From the IMG/VR virus record IMGVR_UViG_3300007735_000974, positions 3,884 to 67,883 of that record: DNA of 64,000 nucleotides, one strand, 5' to 3'. Each line of letters opens with the position of its first letter. Position 1 is the first letter of the stretch. Shown here piece by piece: positions 58,101 through 64,000 of this stretch. The stretch is from a virus. A model generated the notes under the pieces. It was not told where the DNA came from, searched no databases, and saw only the letters and a program-made list of their open reading frames with translations. A program made the translations under genes and the position numbers.

Positions 58101-59344
58101 TCGTTGATACTGGATCAAACCCAGATCAAAAGCAACAAAGAATTAATTTATTTGATGGTGATGGTAATGATGTAAATGGTAAGTTTACTGCTACAAATGC
58201 AAGACAACTTTCTCCAGCAAGAGAATCCCAAACCTTGACTCCAATATTAGAAAAAAATGGAGTGACTTATTCGGGTCCTCAACTTGCTTCTTATCGATCT
58301 GGTTTTATTTCCCCTGCATATTTTGATGGAACTGGTCAAGAAGTTATGGATAAAAACTGGACTATGAAATGGACTAATGTTGATTTCCCAGAAGATGGAC
58401 AATATATTATAAAAGCAGAAGCAGATGATGAAGTAATTGTTAGAATTGATGGAGTTGAAGCAGGAAGAGCTAAAGTATTTCAAGGTATGAGAACATCTTT
58501 TATAAACGTTACTAAAGGAAAAAGAACTGTTGAATTGCAACTTTATAATATTGCAGGAAATGCTCAAAGTACTTTTGAAGATAATCCAGTTGTTGCTGCG
58601 GTAGAAATTACTAAAAATGTAACAGTCAGTACAGGGCACAGTAAACCCTGGACTGAAAATCCAATTGGAGTATCTGCAATTTTAGTTCCACCACCTTGCC
58701 CTAAATTGATTAGAGGTAGAGGTGTTGTAGATAAAGTAATTGTAGAAGATCCAGGAGTTGGATATATATCACCTGCACCTACTGGTCAAGGATATCCAGT
58801 TATTCTTAAACTTGCAGAAGTTATTGTAGAAAATCCAGGAATCAATTATAATTGTGGAGTGGACCAACTTCAAATTACTCCTGATACTGGATGCCAATTG
58901 AGTTATACTTGCGATTCTTTTGGTAGAATTAAAGATGTCAAAGTAAATGGTGGGTGTAGTGGATTTACTTTCTACCCAGAAATTACTCTTCCATCAGAAA
59001 CAGGAGTAAATGCATCATTCCGCCCAGTATTTGAAGTTATAAGAGATCCATTAACTGTTGATGATGGAAAAAAATTAATTCAAGTCACTGATTTAGTAGG
59101 TCTCAAACAAACTGGATATGTAGATGGTCGTGCATATTATGGTGCTGTCTTCTATGAAAATGGTGTAAAATATGCAGGATATTATAAAACAGTTGGAACA
59201 CCAACTCGTGTTTATAATACTCTTCAAGAAAGCATTACTGCCAAGGTCACAACCCCTGCAAGTGCAATTGAAAGGTCTGGTACTGATGTTACCAGCAATG
59301 ATCCAAGACTTAATATTCCAGGTACACCAAATACCACTACATAG
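55178..59344 (+). CDS. Large virion structural protein with repeated PA14-like beta-sandwich domains
   Basis: Repeated F..DG.Y.....DD/DN...LY.D...G.H.I modules and SW.ENP motifs. Confidence 0.7.
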   Translation: MPTNLFGPASKDDIKVGYISTDTGYVTGVTICEANNYAQKNPGTTFIFRNGNNNIQYLNINEVNKLTPNDIVSTANTCGGPQAVVECGVPVISITGGGGVGALGNAVVGSDGAILAVDVIEGGFGYQYEPFVNAKDNCQIGNGAVLTAVLGESTETLETYDNEADFEEYEICPDTTVGYGRNWGPNGEDLGPWDPKTYTEVSEDPIQKEIEKYQKEVTVGKNPFWTTRKNTPKRVTSLGQPFRKYDVTDASHLKLVRESTKNKTYTAWNEFMNSYAVSPVSPSNVSGSDYAGRVFTFEWEDSFPRDGEYIFRGLCDNKATLYVDGLKLFDLGGFNQAVNPQRKTLQAGVHKIRVDLLNNPIYETKIIQDKVETQVAGADFILKSDGYYLLVGGNVETEVTLSLSWKDDPNSYGIAISKAIIPNPDGEPIILEKNKENGNWATRGSVSAKSIFKVNREYGPITLVDTQRTPRLANKNTFYGESSTRYGKIEFFDGGGDDVNGYIQIIETKNLQPNRIISQPTSSAIQNRVVFNTVDYIDKANRPLWRTNVFGRGGFINDYGVCPFDTTVTLNDNPYAGTHTIVWSNVNFPVDGSYRIRMGVDDNVTLYIGDEQIRYEGFIPGTSISKPEFNEIRTFKAGNYTIRAELEQIPGGQFGFDPTRLLNPMVLAIDIGISYASEQVVTSKSWNENPMAISVTIDAPPPIIPQEKPPVQTGRCPPSPLWSTRFPGASNSWYPVRFNGWSKFLNRYALSPVPPLDTLDSDSGGSIFRNSWNIEIPYRGYYKLQGEVDDIAKIYIDDKLSLNLSRRVGKTNGSEKVLLEKGNHTISVEVTNYTSEAFTQVEKKIFSTHDWEVAPVITQKQEQKAGSLFIKEGNQYYMLAGGNDIVEIDLVLDWKDDPRTAGLAVKKLIIDTEKGPLIFDKAPGVTISGRQRGLRISGGTIPTTGSIAKTGTFKANKKYAITIEGRAEGSLDPVIVDTGSNPDQKQQRINLFDGDGNDVNGKFTATNARQLSPARESQTLTPILEKNGVTYSGPQLASYRSGFISPAYFDGTGQEVMDKNWTMKWTNVDFPEDGQYIIKAEADDEVIVRIDGVEAGRAKVFQGMRTSFINVTKGKRTVELQLYNIAGNAQSTFEDNPVVAAVEITKNVTVSTGHSKPWTENPIGVSAILVPPPCPKLIRGRGVVDKVIVEDPGVGYISPAPTGQGYPVILKLAEVIVENPGINYNCGVDQLQITPDTGCQLSYTCDSFGRIKDVKVNGGCSGFTFYPEITLPSETGVNASFRPVFEVIRDPLTVDDGKKLIQVTDLVGLKQTGYVDGRAYYGAVFYENGVKYAGYYKTVGTPTRVYNTLQESITAKVTTPASAIERSGTDVTSNDPRLNIPGTPNTTT

Positions 59345-59364
59345 TAATACGTTAGGCATTTCTA

Positions 59365-60036
59365 ATGGCTACATCACAAAATCGTAATAATTCAAAACTG
59401 GGTACTCCCACAGCATTGATTAAAGGTGGTGCTGCCGGAGGTCCACTCTCGAAAACAAATACTGCTAAACAAAACTATACTGCAAAAACACTTGGTAATG
59501 ATCATGGGTCAATTTCTTTTGGCGCTATTCATAAACAAGGTGACGTAACTTCAGATGTAATGCTTCAAGCATCTGATGGAAGACACGGAATTGTCTTAGA
59601 TAAAGATGGTTCTCGTAAAGGATGTACACAAATTACTGCACCAGGTAGAATTACTATTGATGCAGGTCTTGATAAAAAAGAAGCAGAAGATACATTGATG
59701 ATTCATTCTTGGAATGGAAACATTTGTATCGTTGCAAGTAATGGAAAACTTCGATTGCAGGGAACTGATATTGAATTAGTTGCTGTTGGTGAAGGTGGTT
59801 CCAAAGGAAACATCCGTATGAAAGCAAGTGAAACAATTGAACTTGACGGGAAAAAAATTATTGGAAATGCAAAAACTTTATGTAAAATGGTTTCCAGTGG
59901 TAAAGTTGAAATGGCAGCAAATACTTGTATGAATATCTATGGATCATTAATTAGAAATACCACTGATGCTGTCTCAAATAAAGACGGTAAGAATGGTGGA
60001 CAACTTCTTCAAAATTTACAAAATCTAATAAGTTAA
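59365..60036 (+). CDS. Putative tail spike/beta-helix structural protein
   Basis: Beta-repeat composition (NG.I.I.A.NG...L.G.DI); late structural context. Confidence 0.55.
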   Translation: MATSQNRNNSKLGTPTALIKGGAAGGPLSKTNTAKQNYTAKTLGNDHGSISFGAIHKQGDVTSDVMLQASDGRHGIVLDKDGSRKGCTQITAPGRITIDAGLDKKEAEDTLMIHSWNGNICIVASNGKLRLQGTDIELVAVGEGGSKGNIRMKASETIELDGKKIIGNAKTLCKMVSSGKVEMAANTCMNIYGSLIRNTTDAVSNKDGKNGGQLLQNLQNLIS

Positions 60037-60043
60037 AAGTAAA

Positions 60044-60832
60044 ATGGCAAATTCTTCTGATGATATTTCAACTGGAAGACAGTTGATGGTTGGTGCAGGA
60101 CAACCTTTATGGATGGGTATTGGAGCAGCTGCTGTAAGAGGTGCTGCATTTGTCGAAGGTCCTGTATCAATGGGAAATGCAACACAATTTCCTGGTGCAT
60201 ATGCAACATTAATGGTTGGTCCTTTAACGAATGGAGATGCAATAAAAATTCCCGTTGGTGGTGCAAACTGTGGACAAAACTTTTCTCCCTATTCACTTGT
60301 TGTAAGTGGAGATGCTGCAATCTTTGATAATTTAAGTGTCAGCAGTAAAGTCATTACAGGTTCTGATGTTATTGCTCAAGGAGAAGTTAAATCAAGATGC
60401 GGAGCACATATCTTATCTGCTAAAAAGAACTTTGATATTCCTCATCCATCTAAAGAGGGGTGGAGACTGCGCCATACGTGCCCAGAAGGTCCCTCAAATG
60501 ATGTTTATGTAAGAGGAAAGGTTCTGAACCGAAATGAGATTCAACTTCCTTCTTATTGGAAAGACTTTGTTGATTGGACGACAATTACAGTATCATTGAC
60601 ACCAATTGGTTCTCATCAAGATGTAATTGTAAAAAGAATTGATGAAGATAAAATCTATCTTCAATCAAAAGGTGGTATGCCCATTCATTGTTTCTATCAC
60701 ATCTTTGCAGAAAGAAAAGATGGTGAGAGATTGATTTCTGAGTATGAAGGAGAAAGTCCAGCAGATTACCCAGGCAATAATAATGAATATTCAGTTTCTG
60801 GATATCATTATGATACTAAAGGAGAAAACTAA
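60044..60832 (+). CDS. Putative tail protein with conserved C-terminal KxFDIxHP domain
   Basis: KNFDIPHPSKEGWRLRHTCPEGP...RG, LP.YW...VD, LT.IG, AERKD. Confidence 0.65.
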   Translation: MANSSDDISTGRQLMVGAGQPLWMGIGAAAVRGAAFVEGPVSMGNATQFPGAYATLMVGPLTNGDAIKIPVGGANCGQNFSPYSLVVSGDAAIFDNLSVSSKVITGSDVIAQGEVKSRCGAHILSAKKNFDIPHPSKEGWRLRHTCPEGPSNDVYVRGKVLNRNEIQLPSYWKDFVDWTTITVSLTPIGSHQDVIVKRIDEDKIYLQSKGGMPIHCFYHIFAERKDGERLISEYEGESPADYPGNNNEYSVSGYHYDTKGEN

Positions 60833-61464
60833 TGGCTGAATTTAATCTTGTAAACAATGAAAGAGTTGCTGATTGTTCTGATAGAGGAACATCAGGAACA
60901 AAATCTATGATGTATGATTATATTGTTAAGTCACAGACTAACGATGCAGATTATCCATCAGATGCATGTACTCCATATGTTCATGGCAATGCTCAAATTG
61001 ACAACTTACAAGTAAACCAAAATCTTACTGCTGCGGGCACTGTTACTGCAAGTCAAGTTACTGCTGGTGGAATTACTTTAACATCCAGAAAAGCATTTGA
61101 TATTTCTCACCCAACTAAAGAAGGATGGAGACTTCGCCATATTTGTTTGGAAGGTCCAGAGTCTGCCGTTTATTATCGCGGAAAACTTGTCGATAATAAT
61201 ATTATTGAACTTCCAGAATACTGGATTGGTTTTGTAGATCCAGAAAGTATTACAGTAACTCTAACTCAAATTGGATATTCTCAAGATTTGATTGTAGAAA
61301 AAATTGAATGGGGAAGAAGAGTTTTAATAAAATCAGGAACAGGTGCAAACATTAATTGTTATTTTCTTGTTCACGGCGAAAGAATCGATGGTGAAAAGTT
61401 AATTGTAGAATATGAGGGCATTGATTATCCGGGTGACAATTCTCAATATAGTATCAATAAGTAA
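60832..61464 (+). CDS. Paralog of the upstream tail protein
   Basis: KAFDISHPTKEGWRLRHICLEGP...GERID...VEYEG..YPG.N..YS. Confidence 0.65.
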   Translation: MAEFNLVNNERVADCSDRGTSGTKSMMYDYIVKSQTNDADYPSDACTPYVHGNAQIDNLQVNQNLTAAGTVTASQVTAGGITLTSRKAFDISHPTKEGWRLRHICLEGPESAVYYRGKLVDNNIIELPEYWIGFVDPESITVTLTQIGYSQDLIVEKIEWGRRVLIKSGTGANINCYFLVHGERIDGEKLIVEYEGIDYPGDNSQYSINK

Positions 61465-61467
61465 CAC

Positions 61468-61496
61468 TTGACAACCCGTCCTGATCCTGCTATACT
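61468..61496 (+). promoter_or_regulatory. Sigma70-type promoter
   Basis: TTGACA-17-TATACT with extended TG. Confidence 0.75.
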
Positions 61497-61521
61497 ACAT
61501 AGGTAATCAAAAAACGAACCA

Positions 61522-61704
61522 ATGCAAGATGAGTACCTGTCACGCTGCGTAGTAGATCCACTGAAGCGTACCGTGTATCTGTATTCTAATGAAGGAGACA
61601 CTAAAGAAGTGACTTGTGATACCGTTGAACAATTTATGAGTGTGTTGAATTACGTGCGTAACACAGTGGATGAAAGTACTCTCTCATATGCAAATCCACT
61701 TTAA
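61522..61704 (+). CDS. Hypothetical protein
   Basis: ORF track; downstream of a promoter. Confidence 0.65.
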   Translation: MQDEYLSRCVVDPLKRTVYLYSNEGDTKEVTCDTVEQFMSVLNYVRNTVDESTLSYANPL

Positions 61705-61766
61705 GTTCCAAAAAAGGTCGAAAAAAATTCCGGTAAAATTTTCTCACACGATACTTTTTTAAAAGT

Positions 61767-61973
61767 ATGAATTTATACAAAATTAATTACAAAAACCTTA
61801 AAGAGGAACCAGTGAAGACAACTCCGCAGAATGTTAAAGAAGCAAATGAAGGTTTGTTTTATTCAAAAATGAATCTTCCCGAAGCAGCAAAACACTGCGG
61901 AATGTCACAAAAAGAGATGCGCTTGACATTCTTCGAGTATTTGAAGTATCATCCTATCACGTATCAAGCGTGA
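61767..61973 (+). CDS. Small HTH-like protein
   Basis: MNLPEAAKHCGMSQKEM..TF helix-turn-helix-like pattern. Confidence 0.55.
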   Translation: MNLYKINYKNLKEEPVKTTPQNVKEANEGLFYSKMNLPEAAKHCGMSQKEMRLTFFEYLKYHPITYQA

Positions 61974-61982
61974 TTTTTAACA

Positions 61983-62011
61983 TTGACAATTTAAGATTTG
62001 GGTCTTATAAT
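61983..62011 (+). promoter_or_regulatory. Sigma70-type promoter for tRNA-Leu
   Basis: TTGACA 61983-61988, 17 nt, TATAAT 62006-62011. Confidence 0.8.
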
Positions 62012-62021
62012 TGTTTTATAC

Positions 62022-62313
62022 GGGCGTGTATTCCAATCGGTAGAGAAAATCGACTTCAATAATTTGAGCACCATAGTAGGAAACTTTATGTGTGAATTCC
62101 ATCAAATTCGGGGAAACCTAAGTTCTTATGAATAAGGCAATCCCGAGCCAAGCAAGATAAATCTTGAAGGTGTAGAGAGCAGTAGGTGGAAACCTAAATC
62201 CTTAAGGATATGGTTAAGGGGTGCTCCAGACCACAAACAATCCTATGATTGGTAGAGAAATCTATAGTGGTAAGAAAATCGATCCAGTGTCGGTTCGAAT
62301 CCGACCACGCCTA
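62022..62313 (+). tRNA. trnL: tRNA-Leu(UAA), split by an intron (exons 62022-62056 and 62275-62313)
   Basis: Acceptor GGGCGTG/CACGCCT+A; spliced anticodon arm ATCGA-CTTAAAA-TCGAT; T arm GTCGG-TTCGAAT-CCGAC. Confidence 0.88.
62057..62274 (+). mobile_element. Group I self-splicing intron (tRNA-Leu type, IC3-like), 218 nt, no internal ORF
   Basis: Follows U34 and ends in G; IGS GAG pairs exon CTT; P AAATTCGGGGAA, Q AATCCCGAGC, P7 GAGAGCA/TGCTCC. Confidence 0.88.
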
Positions 62314-62410
62314 TAAATAGTAATACCTGAATGACGGCAATCTTCAGGAGGAGGGTGAAAGTCCCTCCTTTTTAATATAAATAATAATGCCGTCATTTAG
62401 AGTAGAAATG
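62312..62410 (+). promoter_or_regulatory. Homing-endonuclease leader element, copy 2
   Basis: TATAAATA 62312-62319; CCTGAA/TTCAGG stem; GGAGGG/CCCTCC terminator; TATAAATA 62376-62383; AATGACGGCA complementary to TGCCGTCATT. Confidence 0.7.
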
Positions 62411-63088
62411 AATTACTTAAAGCATTATTGTAGACTTATCAGGAAAGCGGAAAATAGAACTCCTCCTGAAGGTTATACAGAAAAACATCATATCTTTCCA
62501 AAAAGTATTTTTGGAAAAAATAATCGAGTTGTAATTCTTACTGCAAGAGAACATTCTGTTGCTCACGCATTGTTAGAGAAAATTTACTTGAAAAGATGTG
62601 GTATTGAAAATTGGAAAACTCAAAAAATGATTTTTGCATATTGTAATATGAGCGCCAGTAATCAATATCATAAAAATAGATATATTAACTCTAAATTATA
62701 TGAAAGTTCTAAAATAAGAAAAAGTAAAATAATGTCAGGAAAAAATAATCCATTTTATGGAAAAAAGCATAGTGATGAAGTAATTGCCAAAATAAGACAA
62801 GCAAATTCTGGAAGGATTATGGTAATTACTGAAGACCACGCTAAAAAAATTAGTGAAAGTAAAAAAGGAAAACCACCGTCAAAAAAATGCAGAGAAAGAT
62901 GCAAAGAAGTTAATATCGGAAATAGTTACAGATTAGGAACTAAACATACTAATGAAGCAAAAGAAAAAATGAGAAAAAAACGAGAAGGATTAAAATGGTG
63001 GAATAATGGAGAAACAAATATAATGAAAAAAGAATGTCCAGGAGAAAAATGGAAACCGGGTAGATTGTTTTATAAGAGAAATAAATAA
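62408..63088 (+). CDS. Free-standing HNH/NUMOD3 homing endonuclease (Mob-like)
   Basis: YTEKHHIFPKS, LTAREH..AH.LL, NPFYGKKHS, KHT.E.KEK, WWNNG. Confidence 0.87.
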   Translation: MNYLKHYCRLIRKAENRTPPEGYTEKHHIFPKSIFGKNNRVVILTAREHSVAHALLEKIYLKRCGIENWKTQKMIFAYCNMSASNQYHKNRYINSKLYESSKIRKSKIMSGKNNPFYGKKHSDEVIAKIRQANSGRIMVITEDHAKKISESKKGKPPSKKCRERCKEVNIGNSYRLGTKHTNEAKEKMRKKREGLKWWNNGETNIMKKECPGEKWKPGRLFYKRNK

Positions 63089-63099
63089 AATTAAAACCA

Positions 63100-63378
63100 A
63101 TGAAGTATAAAATAACTTATTCTTATAATTGGTATCAAACTGATAAAGATAAGTTTATAATTAAGACATACTATGTTAATAATATTGAATTTACTTTCGA
63201 CGAATTACCTTCAATTATGCAAGATGATCCAGAGATTATTGAAAGAGCAAATGAGCAACTAACAATGACACCGGAAATTTTTTATCAAAAATCATTTTAC
63301 TTAATAGATGAAGAAGCACATCCTTGTTTATTTGAAATGGAATTAGAAAATCCAGAAATACTTGACGAAATTCTCTAA
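63100..63378 (+). CDS. Hypothetical protein
   Basis: YLIDEEAHPCLF; ORF track. Confidence 0.65.
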   Translation: MKYKITYSYNWYQTDKDKFIIKTYYVNNIEFTFDELPSIMQDDPEIIERANEQLTMTPEIFYQKSFYLIDEEAHPCLFEMELENPEILDEIL

Positions 63379-63390
63379 TTATCTTATAAT
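63362..63390 (+). promoter_or_regulatory. Sigma70-type promoter for tRNA-Thr
   Basis: TTGACG-17-TATAAT. Confidence 0.7.
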
Positions 63391-63399
63391 AAATTTATT

Positions 63400-63471
63400 G
63401 CCGAATTAGCTCAGTGATAGAGCGCCATACTTGTAATATGGATGTCATCGGTTTGATCCCGATATTCGGCT
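63400..63471 (+). tRNA. trnT: tRNA-Thr(UGU)
   Basis: GCCGAAT/ATTCGGC acceptor, GCTC/GAGC D stem, CCATA-CTTGTAA-TATGG anticodon arm, ATCGG/CCGAT T stem. Confidence 0.9.
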
Positions 63472-63490
63472 TGAGTTTATAACTCCAATT

Positions 63491-63646
63491 ATGTCACTCA
63501 TTTCTCAACAAGATAGAGACCTTGCTATTGAAGCATTAGACTTCTATCTTTTCAATAAAAAATTTGATTTTACTGAAGCAAAGAGAGCAGAAGTCAATGC
63601 TCTTCTAAATTGGATTAAATTAGAAAAAAGTAAGCATGAACATTAA
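63491..63646 (+). CDS. Small hypothetical protein (MSLISQQDR...ALLNWIKLE)
   Basis: 51-aa ORF overlapping the next gene. Confidence 0.6.
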   Translation: MSLISQQDRDLAIEALDFYLFNKKFDFTEAKRAEVNALLNWIKLEKSKHEH

Positions 63647-63809
63647 ACTCTGGTATTGTGAGTCAATGAAACAATGGCGCTGGACATTGACTGATAGTTC
63701 TCGCCCTATTCGTAAACAAGAATCTGGACAACAGCCATTTCTTCGTGATGCGATGAATGATGTAGCAAACACGGTAGAATATATGTTGGAAACAAAACAA
63801 AACGAATGA
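63636..63809 (+). CDS. Small hypothetical protein (MNIKLWYCESMKQWRWTL...)
   Basis: 57-aa ORF, ATGA-coupled to the next gene. Confidence 0.6.
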   Translation: MNIKLWYCESMKQWRWTLTDSSRPIRKQESGQQPFLRDAMNDVANTVEYMLETKQNE

Positions 63810-64000
63810 GTAAAAGTACTTACTTTATAGATAATGTGAAGAAGTGCGAAGTAAAAAACTTACTTCAAACTTATCATTATCTTAAAGACGAATCTAAAGA
63901 TTTTAAAGTAAGTCCTTATTCATATGGTCTCTACAGAAACAGTGTTACAGATATTCTGCACATTGGTAGTTGTCTTGGTGTTTGTATTTTTACTAAAATC
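63806..64000 (+). CDS. Possible Mom-like DNA-modification acetyltransferase, N-terminal fragment
   Basis: LL..YHYL...K.FK...YSYGL...LGVCIF resembles Mom/GNAT N-termini; truncated by the window end. Confidence 0.45.
   Translation, partial: MSKSTYFIDNVKKCEVKNLLQTYHYLKDESKDFKVSPYSYGLYRNSVTDILHIGSCLGVCIFTKI

Noticed and set aside
62022-62065. Opal-suppressor or selenocysteine tRNA (apparent TCA anticodon in CTTCAAT)
   Set aside because: The CA belongs to the intron 5' end. The anticodon stem closes only after splicing to 62275, giving UAA.

Overview
This window is a 64-kb segment of a T4-like (myovirus) cyanophage genome, probably infecting a freshwater Synechococcus/Cyanobium-type host. The call rests on T4 core genes (gp32, gp33, gp59, gp53, gp48, gp4, gp26, gp51, gp5), TATAAATA late promoters and the cyanophage auxiliary genes psbA, hli, cp12, phoH, speD and thyX. 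1-17.7 kb is a tightly overlapping glycan-biosynthesis island: gmd, fcl, methyltransferases, GT4/GT6/GT11/GT25/GT61, nucleotidyltransferases, a class II aldolase, a HAD phosphatase, a GDPD-like protein, a cupin and a form IV RuBisCO-like protein. 17.8-35 kb is an accessory region with a porin, ahcY, hli genes, lysins, psbA with a homing endonuclease, an LpxH-like gene and speD. 35-40 kb holds nucleotide and replication genes, 41-61.5 kb baseplate and tail genes, and 62-64 kb tRNAs. The most notable signals are: (i) a RuBisCO-like protein inside a phage sugar-modification module; (ii) an NtcA box, glutamine riboswitch and small basic peptide unit; (iii) a group I intron in the phage tRNA-Leu(UAA); and (iv) a covarying RNA switch upstream of two unrelated homing endonuclease genes. 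All calls come from reading the sequence and recognising motifs; no database searches were run.
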